From NCBI RefSeq assembly GCF_000011805.1, contig NC_006840.2: a stretch of 32,000 bases of DNA, one strand, 5' to 3'. Shown piece after piece: positions 20,388 to 29,247 of this stretch. A program made the position numbers and the translations under genes. The notes below the pieces were generated by a model, which saw only the letters and a list, made by a program, of their open reading frames with translations, had not been told where the DNA came from and searched no databases. Origin of the DNA: Aliivibrio fischeri ES114 (GTDB lineage Bacteria; Pseudomonadota; Gammaproteobacteria; Enterobacterales; Vibrionaceae). Within the stretch, counting starts at the first letter, position 1. The number at the start of each line of letters is the position of its first letter.

Positions 20388-21551
20388 ATGTCTGTAATCA
20401 AGATGACTGACCTGGAACTTGCAGGTAAACGCGTATTTATCCGTGCTGACCTAAACGTACCAGTTAAAGATGGTAAAGTAACTTCTGATGCACGTATCCT
20501 TGCATCTCTACCAACTATCAAGCTTTGCTTGGAAGCTGGCGCTAAAGTAATGGTTACTTCTCACCTAGGTCGTCCAACGGAAGGCGAGTACAACGAAGAG
20601 TTCTCTCTAGCTCCTGTAGTTAACTACTTGAATGACGCACTAGATTGTGACGTTAAGCTAGCAAAAGATTACCTAGACGGTCTTGAACTGAACGCTGGTG
20701 AATTAGTTGTTCTTGAAAACGTTCGCTTCAACAAAGGCGAGAAGAAGAACGAAGAAGAGCTTTCTAAGAAATACGCTGCACTATGTGACATCTTCGTAAT
20801 GGATGCATTTGGTACTGCTCACCGTGCACAAGCATCTACTCACGGTGTTGGCATGAACGCTCCTGTAGCGTGTGCTGGTCCACTACTAGCTGCAGAACTT
20901 GAAGCACTTGGTAAAGCAATGTCTAACCCTGAGCGTCCACTAGTTGCTATCGTTGGTGGTTCAAAAGTATCTACTAAGCTAACAGTTCTTGAGTCACTAT
21001 CTAAAATCGCTGACCAACTTGTTGTTGGTGGTGGTATCGCGAATACATTCATCGCTGCTGAAGGTCACAACGTAGGTAAATCACTATACGAAGCAGACCT
21101 AGTTGAAACAGCTCAAAAACTAATGAAAGAGTGTGCAATTCCAGTTGCTACTGATGTTGCATGTGCGAAAGCATTTGACGAAAACGCTGAAGCTGAAATC
21201 AAACACGTTTCTGAAGTTCAAGATGACGACATGATTTTCGACCTTGGTCCAGATTCAACAGCTGCACTTGCTGAAATCATCGGCAATGCGAAAACAATTC
21301 TTTGGAATGGTCCAGTTGGCGTATTCGAATTCAAAAACTTCGAAGCGGGTACAGCGGGTATCTCTAAAGCAATCGCTGAATCTGCAGGTTTCTCTGTAGC
21401 AGGTGGTGGTGATACACTAGCAGCTATCGACAAGTTCGGTATTAAAGCTGACGTATCTTACATCTCTACAGGTGGTGGTGCATTCCTTGAATTCGTTGAA
21501 GGTAAAGTACTTCCTGCAGTAGCAATGCTTGAAGAGCGTGCTAAAGCATAA
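20388..21551 (+). CDS. pgk: Phosphoglycerate kinase
   Basis: [44 protein letters not shown]; ATG at 20388 favoured over track TTG at 20373. Confidence 0.97.
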   Translation: MSVIKMTDLELAGKRVFIRADLNVPVKDGKVTSDARILASLPTIKLCLEAGAKVMVTSHLGRPTEGEYNEEFSLAPVVNYLNDALDCDVKLAKDYLDGLELNAGELVVLENVRFNKGEKKNEEELSKKYAALCDIFVMDAFGTAHRAQASTHGVGMNAPVACAGPLLAAELEALGKAMSNPERPLVAIVGGSKVSTKLTVLESLSKIADQLVVGGGIANTFIAAEGHNVGKSLYEADLVETAQKLMKECAIPVATDVACAKAFDENAEAEIKHVSEVQDDDMIFDLGPDSTAALAEIIGNAKTILWNGPVGVFEFKNFEAGTAGISKAIAESAGFSVAGGGDTLAAIDKFGIKADVSYISTGGGAFLEFVEGKVLPAVAMLEERAKA

Positions 21552-21560
21552 TTATTTAAG

Positions 21561-21588
21561 AGCGGGAATCTAATCATTCCCGCTTTTT
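21561..21588 (+). terminator. Rho-independent terminator after pgk
   Basis: AGCGGGAAT (21561-21569)/ATTCCCGCT (21576-21584) then TTTT. Confidence 0.85.
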
Positions 21589-21635
21589 ACGTTTGTTGAT
21601 GGCAAGGTTTATTGATACAATACCGACAGTTGTGA

Positions 21636-21647
21636 GCAAACGTTTGC
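21636..21647. promoter_or_regulatory. Perfect 12-bp LacI/PurR-like operator palindrome upstream of fbaA
   Basis: GCAAACGTTTGC identical to the core of the PurR consensus; about 60 bp upstream of the fbaA start. Confidence 0.5.
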
Positions 21648-21706
21648 AAAAGTTTAAACGTAAGTTTTTTAATTTTTAAAACGATAGAATAAATAGGACT
21701 ATTTCC

Positions 21707-22783
21707 ATGTCTAAGATCTTCGATTTTGTAAAACCTGGTGTTATTTCTGGCGACGACGTACAGAAAGTATTTGAAGTAGCAAAAGAAAACAAATTTGCTC
21801 TTCCTGCAGTAAACGTAGTTAACACTGATTCAATCAACGGTGTTTTAGAAGCAGCTGCTAAAGTTAAAGCTCCAGTTGTTGTTCAATTCTCTAACGGCGG
21901 TGCTGGTTTCTTCGCTGGTAAAGGCGTTAAACTTGAAGGTCAAGGTGCTCAAATCCTTGGTGCTGTAGCTGGTGCTAAATACGTTCACGCTGTAGCTGAA
22001 GCTTACGGTGTTCCAGTTATTCTTCACACTGACCACGCTGCTAAGAAACTTCTTCCATGGATCGACGGTCTACTAGACGCTGGTGAAGCATTCTTCGCTG
22101 AAACTGGTAAGCCTCTATTCTCTTCTCACATGATCGACCTTTCTGAAGAGTCTCTAGAAGAAAACATCGAAATCTCTGGCAAATACCTTGAGCGTATGGC
22201 TAAGATGGGCATGACTCTAGAAATCGAACTAGGTTGTACTGGTGGTGAAGAAGACGGCGTTGATAACTCTCACATGGACGCATCTGAGCTTTACACTTCT
22301 CCTGAAGATGTTGCATACGCATACGAGAAACTAAACGCTATCAGCCCACGTTTCACTATCGCTGCATCTTTCGGTAACGTACACGGTGTTTACCAAGCTG
22401 GTAACGTTGTACTTACTCCAACTATCCTACGTGACTCTCAAGCATACTGTGCAGAGAAGTTCGGTATTGCACCTAACGCTCTAAACTTCGTATTCCACGG
22501 TGGTTCAGGTTCTTCTGAAGCTGAAATCCAAGAGTCTATCGGTTACGGTGTTATCAAAATGAACATCGATACTGATACACAATGGGCTACTTGGGATGGT
22601 ATCCGTACTTACGAAGCTGAAAACCGTGATTTCCTACAAGGTCAAATCGGTAACCCAACTGGCGAATCTGCGCCAAACAAGAAGTACTACGATCCACGCG
22701 TATGGCTACGTGCTGGTCAAGCTTCTATGGTTACTCGTCTTGAGAAAGCATTTGCTGACCTTAACGCAATCGACGTACTATAA
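21707..22783 (+). CDS. fbaA: Fructose-bisphosphate aldolase, class II
   Basis: 358 aa; MSKIFDFVKPGVISGDDVQKVFEVAKENKFALPAVNVV, HTDHAAKKLLPWIDGLLDAGE, HGGSGSSEAEIQESIGYGVIKMNIDTDTQWA. Confidence 0.97.
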   Translation: MSKIFDFVKPGVISGDDVQKVFEVAKENKFALPAVNVVNTDSINGVLEAAAKVKAPVVVQFSNGGAGFFAGKGVKLEGQGAQILGAVAGAKYVHAVAEAYGVPVILHTDHAAKKLLPWIDGLLDAGEAFFAETGKPLFSSHMIDLSEESLEENIEISGKYLERMAKMGMTLEIELGCTGGEEDGVDNSHMDASELYTSPEDVAYAYEKLNAISPRFTIAASFGNVHGVYQAGNVVLTPTILRDSQAYCAEKFGIAPNALNFVFHGGSGSSEAEIQESIGYGVIKMNIDTDTQWATWDGIRTYEAENRDFLQGQIGNPTGESAPNKKYYDPRVWLRAGQASMVTRLEKAFADLNAIDVL

Positions 22784-22815
22784 TTTTTATTATAGACAGC
22801 TCGAATTGAGTTAAT

Positions 22816-22844
22816 AAAAAACCCGCTGATTAGCGGGTTTTTTT
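22816..22844 (+). terminator. Rho-independent terminator after fbaA
   Basis: ACCCGCT (22821-22827)/AGCGGGT (22832-22838) with A-run before and T-run after. Confidence 0.9.
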
Positions 22845-22856
22845 ATGTCTGTTATA

Positions 22857-23002
22857 AGGGACTCGCGACGAGGACTTAGGAACGAGTCTTTTTACTCGAA
22901 GCGAAGCGTTCTTGTCCCTAGTACCTAAGTGACTTCTAAATAAAAAAGCAGCCTGTAATACAGACTGCTTTTATCGTTTCTAGAGCTAAGCATTCTAGCT
23001 AG
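22857..23002. repeat. CTAG-rich structured intergenic element between convergent fbaA and srmB
   Basis: AGGGAC (22857-22862)/GTCCCT (22914-22919), ACTTAGG (22874-22880)/CCTAAGT (22924-22930), CGAGT (22883-22887)/ACTCG (22894-22898); four CTAG tetramers; 21/22 match of 22901-22922 to 11187-11208. Confidence 0.7.
22942..22973 (-). terminator. Terminator downstream of srmB
   Basis: Minus strand reads TAAAAGCAGTCTGTATTACAGGCTGCTTTTTTA: hairpin with T run, one internal mismatch. Confidence 0.75.
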
Positions 23003-23007
23003 CTAAA

Positions 23008-24249
23008 TTACTTCTTCTTTTTCTTCGGTGCTTTTTTCTTCGCTAAAGCAGCTTTCTTCTTCGCATTTTTCTTCTGTTTATTTTTGAAAACAGGTTTTTT
23101 ATGCTTAGGTTTTAGCCCTTCGATGAAGCGTTCTTTAATGATGTCATCTTCTTTGATGTAACGACCTACACGCTCCATCATTGGTTGATCATGCGCTTCA
23201 ATTAAAGATACCGCATTACCTTTTTTACCAGCACGAGCGGTACGACCAATACGGTGTAAGTACACATCAGCAGTACGTGGCATGTCAAAGTTGATAACGT
23301 GTGAAACGTCAGGTAAATCAATACCACGAGCAGCAACATCTGTCGCAATTAACACGTTTACTGTTCCGTCACGGAAGCGAGAAATTGCGTTATTACGGCT
23401 TTCTTGAGCCATTTCACCTTGAATCCAAGCACAAGGGATTTTTGCTGTTTCTAAGTGGCCACGAAGTTCCGCTAAACGTTCACGTGTTTTTACGAATACA
23501 ATTGAGCGTTCTGCTTGCTCTGTTAAGATATTTTTTAACAGATCAATTTTATGAGCCATGTTGTCAGCACGGTGGTACCACTGAGTGATCTTTTTACGCT
23601 CACGGCGTGATGGCTCTGCATTAATCTCTGCAGGTTCATTCAGTAGGTCTGCAGTAAAGCCTTCTACGCCACGACCTTCTAATGTCGCTGAGAATAAGAA
23701 GGTTTGCTTACGCCAACGGCATTCTTTAGATAGACGGTCAACAACAGGGCCAAAACCCATATCTAACATGCGATCTGCTTCATCAAGAATAAGGGTTTCA
23801 ATAGCTCGACAATCAAAGCGCTCAGCTTCGATGTACTCCATTAAACGACCAGGGGTTGCTACAACGATATCTTGAGTAGTAGCTAAAATATCAGCGTGAT
23901 CTTGGTAGCTAATACCACCTGTAATCGTAAATACTTTATGACGAGTATATTTTGCTAATTGACGAGCTTCATCAGCAACTTGAATTGCTAATTCACGTGT
24001 AGGCGTCAGGATAAGAATACGAGCAGGTCCTGGTTCGCGACGAGGGAAGTCATCTAAGTGCTGAAGAGCTGGTAATAAGAATGCAGCAGATTTACCTGTC
24101 CCTGTTGGTGCAGAAGCAAGGATATCTTTACCTTCTAATGCTTCAGGGATAGTCATAGCCTGAACTTGAGTTGGACGTTGATAATCTATCTCCTCAAGAG
24201 CACGCAATAGGTTAGGTGATAGATCGAGGTCAGCAAACGTTTTGAGCAC
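23008..24249 (-). CDS. srmB: ATP-dependent RNA helicase, DEAD-box, SrmB type
   Basis: 413 aa; ASAPTGTGKSAAFLLPALQHLDDFPRREPGPARILILTPTRELA, LDEADRMLDMGF, SATLEG, HRIGRTARAGKKG; basic C-terminus; beside trmN6 as in E. coli. Confidence 0.92.
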   Translation of the reverse strand: MLKTFADLDLSPNLLRALEEIDYQRPTQVQAMTIPEALEGKDILASAPTGTGKSAAFLLPALQHLDDFPRREPGPARILILTPTRELAIQVADEARQLAKYTRHKVFTITGGISYQDHADILATTQDIVVATPGRLMEYIEAERFDCRAIETLILDEADRMLDMGFGPVVDRLSKECRWRKQTFLFSATLEGRGVEGFTADLLNEPAEINAEPSRRERKKITQWYHRADNMAHKIDLLKNILTEQAERSIVFVKTRERLAELRGHLETAKIPCAWIQGEMAQESRNNAISRFRDGTVNVLIATDVAARGIDLPDVSHVINFDMPRTADVYLHRIGRTARAGKKGNAVSLIEAHDQPMMERVGRYIKEDDIIKERFIEGLKPKHKKPVFKNKQKKNAKKKAALAKKKAPKKKKK

Positions 24250-24337
24250 TGTTGATTCTCCGTTCAGGTATGAAATTTTAAAAATATAGTGTCAGCCGGA
24301 CATTATAGTGATCCATCTCTAATAAATCACCGATCTT

Positions 24338-25042
24338 TTAATCCATATTGAGATAAAACGTTCTAGTTAGCTTAATAAAGTCGTCGCTATATCCATTTCC
24401 GTCGTGAATTGTGAGTGTACTCTCTTGATAAATATGAGGAAAAAGAGATAGCTCGATAAGAAGGCGAGTAGGAGATTTTTTTTCAGTAGTTTTTACTTTT
24501 GTTATTTTGGTTAAATGAAAATCATCGTTTTTAGCCACTTTAATAAAAAGTTCACCTTCAAATACTGGAAGAATAAAGCTAGCACGACCCGTTGGGGAAA
24601 TCAGTGTTTTACAGTGTTGTAATAGTTTGTCAAAAGGAAGGCTATCCGTATGTCGAGCGGTAGAACGTTCACCTTTTTGTGATTGTTCTCCATTATTAAA
24701 ATAAGGAGGATTACAAATAATAGCGTCATATTTATGAGGTGCTTGGTAAGTAAGAAAGTCATGATGAATAAGAGTGAGTCGCTCTTTCCATGGGCTTTGA
24801 TAAAAATTTAAACGAGCAACGTCAGCGGCTATTGGCATTAATTCTATGGCATCAATATGTGCATCTGAATTTCTTTGCGCACTCATTAGGCTTAATAATC
24901 CCGTTCCAGCACCTATATCTAATATTTGGCTACACGCACGAATATCTGCCCAAGCACCTAATAGCACCCCATCAGTACTAACTGGCATTCCACATGAACC
25001 AATATCGATATGAAATTGTTTGAAAGTAAAGCTTTTGCTCAT
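24338..25042 (-). CDS. trmN6: tRNA1(Val) (adenine(37)-N6)-methyltransferase
   Basis: 234 aa; FTFKQFHIDIGSCGMPVSTDGVLLGAWADI, ILDIGAGTGLLSLMSAQ, IICNPPYF. Confidence 0.93.
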   Translation of the reverse strand: MSKSFTFKQFHIDIGSCGMPVSTDGVLLGAWADIRACSQILDIGAGTGLLSLMSAQRNSDAHIDAIELMPIAADVARLNFYQSPWKERLTLIHHDFLTYQAPHKYDAIICNPPYFNNGEQSQKGERSTARHTDSLPFDKLLQHCKTLISPTGRASFILPVFEGELFIKVAKNDDFHLTKITKVKTTEKKSPTRLLIELSLFPHIYQESTLTIHDGNGYSDDFIKLTRTFYLNMD

Positions 25043-25330
25043 AATAGACCTATTGGGACATAGTTGTTAATTTTGTAATTAAGTTGTTAACTGGTTTATT
25101 GTTCTATTTGGGATCTATTGTTAAATGTTTTTATACTTACTGAATGTTCTGTTTAGTTTTATATAATTAGATTAATAATCTAGTTTTTAACCAATATTTA
25201 ACTAGATTATGGTGTTTTACGCTAAGGTATTGCGAACTTGTGATAATTTGTTCATTATTCTGGAAGATATATCATATATAGATATAAAACATAAAATTAA
25301 ATACACACAACATTATACAAGGGTTTTATT

Positions 25331-26644
25331 GTGAAACAGTCATTAAAACTAGCCGATATCATTGCCGTTGGCTTTATGCTTTTTGCCTTTTTCTTAGGCG
25401 CAGGCAATATTATTTTCCCACCAATTGCTGGCCAAATGGCTGGTGAGCACGTTTTTGGTGCAATGAGTGGATTTTTAATCACAGCTGTTGGTTTACCATT
25501 ATTAACTATCATTGCTATTGGTGTCTCTGGTGGTTCTTGGCAGCACCTAACACGTGACCTACCTCCTAAAGTAGCAATGATAATGGCAATTTTAATGTTT
25601 GTTATTATTGGCCCTGCTTTTGCTGCCCCTCGAACAGGTTTGGTTGCATATGAAATGGCAGCGAAACCATTTATCGGAGCGGATGCAGGTCAATTTTCAC
25701 TGACTCTATTTTCAATTGTATTCTTCTCTATCGCAATGTTTTTTGCATGGTCTCAAGGTAAATTGATTGACACTATTGGTAAGTTTTTAACGCCAGCATT
25801 GTTCATTGGTTTAATTGTGCTTGCTATTGCTGTATTCGTTAATCCTCAAGGTGATATTGTTGCTGCTACAGGTAAGTATGTTGATAGCCCTCTAACAACA
25901 GGATTTTTTGAAGGTTACAATACAATGGATACGTTTGGTGCCTTGATGTTTGGTATTTTGATCATCGATGCATTGAAGAGCAAAGGTATTACAGAACATA
26001 AAGCGACAACTAAATATTTAACGATTGCTGGTTTAATTGCGGCATCGGGCTTAGCTTTTGTGTACGTATCATTATTCTACTTAGGTGCAACGTCTAGTAC
26101 GGTTGCAGCAGGGGCTGATAATGGTGGGGCAATACTAACAGCTTATACTCATGCATTGTTTGGTACCTCTGGGCAGACGGTATTATCTGTTATTGTATTA
26201 ATTGCTTGTCTAACAACGGCTATTGGTCTGATTTCAGCTTGCGCAGATTACTTTAGCTCAATCTGTAAAGTGACATATAAGTCTTGGGTTATTATTGTTG
26301 GTGTAGCATGTGCGGTAGTTGCTAATGTTGGATTAACTCAGCTAATTACGCTTTCGGTTCCTGTATTATTCTTACTTTACCCGGTAGCAATTGCATTAGT
26401 TGTGTTGGCTTTCATTCGTAAAATGATGCCAAATCCACAATTAGCTTATCGTGTCGTTATTTCTGTTGCGACGTGTTTTGCGATATTAGATGCTGCGAAA
26501 GTTGCTGGTGCGGATATGTCTGCTTTCTCAATGCTACCAATGTTTGACCATGGTATGGCTTGGGTGATTCCAACATTTGCTTCGATGATCATTGTTCGTT
26601 TTGTCGGTAAGAAAGAAGACGAATTAGTGACTGAAAATGCATAA
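25331..26644 (+). CDS. brnQ: Branched-chain amino acid:cation symporter (LIVCS family)
   Basis: 437 aa; ADIIAVGFMLFAFFLGAGNIIFPPIAGQMAG, about 12 predicted TM segments. Confidence 0.93.
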   Translation: MKQSLKLADIIAVGFMLFAFFLGAGNIIFPPIAGQMAGEHVFGAMSGFLITAVGLPLLTIIAIGVSGGSWQHLTRDLPPKVAMIMAILMFVIIGPAFAAPRTGLVAYEMAAKPFIGADAGQFSLTLFSIVFFSIAMFFAWSQGKLIDTIGKFLTPALFIGLIVLAIAVFVNPQGDIVAATGKYVDSPLTTGFFEGYNTMDTFGALMFGILIIDALKSKGITEHKATTKYLTIAGLIAASGLAFVYVSLFYLGATSSTVAAGADNGGAILTAYTHALFGTSGQTVLSVIVLIACLTTAIGLISACADYFSSICKVTYKSWVIIVGVACAVVANVGLTQLITLSVPVLFLLYPVAIALVVLAFIRKMMPNPQLAYRVVISVATCFAILDAAKVAGADMSAFSMLPMFDHGMAWVIPTFASMIIVRFVGKKEDELVTENA

Positions 26645-26646
26645 TT

Positions 26647-26763
26647 CTAGGGACTAGGGACTAGGGACTAGAGATTACAAGAGCGAGTATAACTGTTTAA
26701 GTTCACTCGCTCTTTTCTTTTATAGTAACGCAGTGTCTAGTTAGCAAAGCGTATCGTTTCTAG
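26647..26763. repeat. CTAG-rich structured intergenic element between convergent brnQ and fldB
   Basis: Tandem CTAGGGA x3 plus CTAGA (26647-26672); perfect stem AAGAGCGAGT (26679-26688)/ACTCGCTCTT (26705-26714) followed by TTCTTTT; 21-nt identity of 26736-26756 to the reverse complement of 11087-11107. Confidence 0.8.
26679..26721 (+). terminator. Probable brnQ terminator (part of the intergenic element)
   Basis: 10-bp perfect stem, T-rich 3' side. Confidence 0.7.
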
Positions 26764-26765
26764 CT

Positions 26766-27290
26766 TTAAAGCGACTCGTGATATTCTACTAAAATCTGCT
26801 CACACCACTGCTCAATACGCTCATTACTTTTATCATACTGACTGTCTTCATCTAGAGCTAAACCAACAAAGTGAGATTCATCTTCAGTTAATGCTTTTGA
26901 TGCGTCGAATTGGTAGCCTTCATTTTTCCAATAGCCAATGAATTTAGCATTCGTTGCTTTTAATTCATCATGTAATAAGCCCATGGCATCTAAGAACCAT
27001 TCACCGTAGCCTTCTTGATCGCCAAGACCAAATAATGCAATTGTTTTTCCATCTAGAGATAGGCCATCTAACTCTTCCCAGACGGCTAACCAATCTTCTT
27101 GGATTTCACCAAAATCCCATGTAGAGATCCCAAGTAATAAAAGATCGTAATCATTCATTGTGGTCACTGGTGTCTCTTTAATATTAAAGACATCAACAAG
27201 ATCCTCTCCAATAAAAGCTCTGATTTTTTCAGATGCCATTTCGGTATAACAAGTTGAAGAACCATAAAACAGACCGATTTTCATTTTCAT
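26766..27290 (-). CDS. fldB: Flavodoxin, FldB type
   Basis: 174 aa; [59 protein letters not shown]; adjacent to xerD-dsbC-recJ. Confidence 0.93.
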   Translation of the reverse strand: MKMKIGLFYGSSTCYTEMASEKIRAFIGEDLVDVFNIKETPVTTMNDYDLLLLGISTWDFGEIQEDWLAVWEELDGLSLDGKTIALFGLGDQEGYGEWFLDAMGLLHDELKATNAKFIGYWKNEGYQFDASKALTEDESHFVGLALDEDSQYDKSNERIEQWCEQILVEYHESL

Positions 27291-27429
27291 TACCTTAACG
27301 ATGAATAAATATAGAGTTAGTTTACCGTAAATGATTATTAAAATTAAACTTGCATTTAAAGTGGGTAAAATTGTTTAATACTGTAATTCTAACCAGTGTT
27401 TTCTGGAATGTACGTTAAGTGGTAAGTAG

Positions 27430-28326
27430 ATGAATAATGATATGGCATTAATGGAGCGTTTTTTAGATACCATGTGGATGGAGCGTGGCCTGTCTGAAAA
27501 TACGTTGGCTTCATATCGAAACGATTTAGTGAAGTTGTTGCAGTGGTTAGAAGATAATCACTATAAATGTGCTTCTATTTCAGCGATGGGACTTAATGAG
27601 TTTCAAGCTTATTTAGTTGATAAAGAATATAAACAAACTTCTCGAGCTCGAATGCTGTCTGCATTACGTCGTTTTTTTCAGTATTTACATCGTGAAAAAA
27701 TCCGCGGAGATGATCCCACAGCATTACTTGCTAGCCCTAAATTACCTCAACGCTTACCAAAAGATTTAAGTGAAGAGCAAGTTGATGCGTTGCTTAATGC
27801 TCCGAATGTCGAAGATCCTCTAGAGCTTCGAGATCGAGCAATGTTAGAACTACTTTATGCAACAGGTTTACGTGTTACTGAGCTAGTTAGCTTAACCATG
27901 GAAAATGTAAGTTTACGCCAAGGTGTTGTACGAGTTACTGGTAAAGGTGATAAAGAACGTTTAGTCCCAATGGGAGAGAATGCCGTAGATTGGATTGAGC
28001 AGTTTTTAACTCATGGTCGTCCAATGCTGCTTGGTGAAAAAAGTTCGGATGTCGTGTTTCCTAGTAAACGAGCAAAACAAATGACTCGTCAGACATTTTG
28101 GCACCGAATTAAGCATTATGCTGTTATTGCTGGTATTGATTCTGATAAATTATCGCCACACGTATTGCGACATGCTTTTGCTACACATCTTTTAAACTAT
28201 GGCGCAGATCTCCGTGTTGTACAAATGTTGTTAGGACATAGTGATCTTTCAACAACACAAATATATACTCATGTAGCAACGGAACGTTTGAAGCAAATTC
28301 ATCAAGAGCATCACCCTCGCTCATAA
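27430..28326 (+). CDS. xerD: Site-specific tyrosine recombinase XerD
   Basis: 298 aa; LELLYATGLRVTELVSL, SPHVLRHAFATHLLNYGADLRVVQMLLGHSDLSTTQIYTHVA; core chromosomal context, not an integrase of a mobile element. Confidence 0.96.
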   Translation: MNNDMALMERFLDTMWMERGLSENTLASYRNDLVKLLQWLEDNHYKCASISAMGLNEFQAYLVDKEYKQTSRARMLSALRRFFQYLHREKIRGDDPTALLASPKLPQRLPKDLSEEQVDALLNAPNVEDPLELRDRAMLELLYATGLRVTELVSLTMENVSLRQGVVRVTGKGDKERLVPMGENAVDWIEQFLTHGRPMLLGEKSSDVVFPSKRAKQMTRQTFWHRIKHYAVIAGIDSDKLSPHVLRHAFATHLLNYGADLRVVQMLLGHSDLSTTQIYTHVATERLKQIHQEHHPRS

Positions 28327-28400
28327 TTGAGGGAACTTCTGGTGGTTTAAAAACTCTAAACTTCAAATCTTCTACAATTACATTTTTTATAGGTACCCTT

Positions 28401-29177
28401 ATGTCATTTATTCGCCGAACTAGTGCGATGATCATTGCTTTAATGAGCGTAGTTTCTTTTACTGCATGTTCAGATGAACAAGCAAAAAACCAGGATGCGT
28501 CACCTTCTGCTGTTGAGGCTGCTCAACCTGATGCAGAACAAGCTATTACTCAGCGACTAACGACTTTAGGTTTGCCTGTAGAAGCTATCCATGATTCTGA
28601 AGTAGATGGTTTTAAACAAGTTGAAACACCGTTTGGGATTTTTTACGTATCTTCAGATGGTAAGCATTTTATTCAAGGTCGAATTTTTGAGTTTGATGAA
28701 AATGGTGACATGAAAGATTTATTAGCTGCTCGTTTTGCTAAATTGGTGGATAGCCAAAGCGAAAATATGATTGTATTCCCAGCTAAAAACGAAAAACACG
28801 TTATTACTGTATTTACAGATATTACTTGTGGTTACTGTACAAAACTGCATAAAGAGATGAAAGACTATAATGATGCGGGTATTACCGTTCGTTATTTAGC
28901 ATACCCTCGCCAAGGCTACCAAGGATCAGTTGCTGATAAAATGGCTCAAATTTGGTGTGCTGATGATAAACAGCAAGCAATGGAAGATGCAAAATCAAAT
29001 CGTCCAATTAATGGTTCAAAACCTGCAACTGCAGAGTGTAAAAACATCATTAAAGAACAGTATTTATTAGGCAGAAAGATGGGTGTAAATGGAACACCAG
29101 CAATCGTTCTTCCAAGTGGTGATCTTGTTCCTGGATACAAACCAGCACGAGAGCTTCTATCTGATTTAGAAAAATAA
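28401..29177 (+). CDS. dsbC: Thiol:disulfide interchange protein DsbC
   Basis: 258 aa with signal/lipobox-like leader; VFTDITCGYCTKLHKEMKDYNDAGITVRYLAYPRQG; MGVNGTPAIVLPSG. Confidence 0.94.
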   Translation: MSFIRRTSAMIIALMSVVSFTACSDEQAKNQDASPSAVEAAQPDAEQAITQRLTTLGLPVEAIHDSEVDGFKQVETPFGIFYVSSDGKHFIQGRIFEFDENGDMKDLLAARFAKLVDSQSENMIVFPAKNEKHVITVFTDITCGYCTKLHKEMKDYNDAGITVRYLAYPRQGYQGSVADKMAQIWCADDKQQAMEDAKSNRPINGSKPATAECKNIIKEQYLLGRKMGVNGTPAIVLPSGDLVPGYKPARELLSDLEK

Positions 29178-29198
29178 TTCAGTAAAGCCATTCATTTT

Positions 29199-29226
29199 AA
29201 TCCCCGTATATGCGGGGATTTTTTTA
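29199..29226 (+). terminator. Rho-independent terminator between dsbC and recJ
   Basis: AATCCCCG (29199-29206)/CGGGGATT (29213-29220) then T run. Confidence 0.85.
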
Positions 29227-29247
29227 TTGAAAAACTAGGTGAAATTC

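Noticed and set aside
20840-21433. ORFs antisense to pgk (70 and 71 aa)
   Set aside because: Codon-bias shadow ORFs.
23301-23875. ORFs antisense to srmB (95 and 96 aa)
   Set aside because: Inside a conserved DEAD-box gene, no homology signal.
27430-28326. Tyrosine recombinase as a marker of an integrated element or integron
   Set aside because: Sequence and context (fldB-xerD-dsbC-recJ-prfB) identify it as the housekeeping dimer-resolution recombinase XerD.
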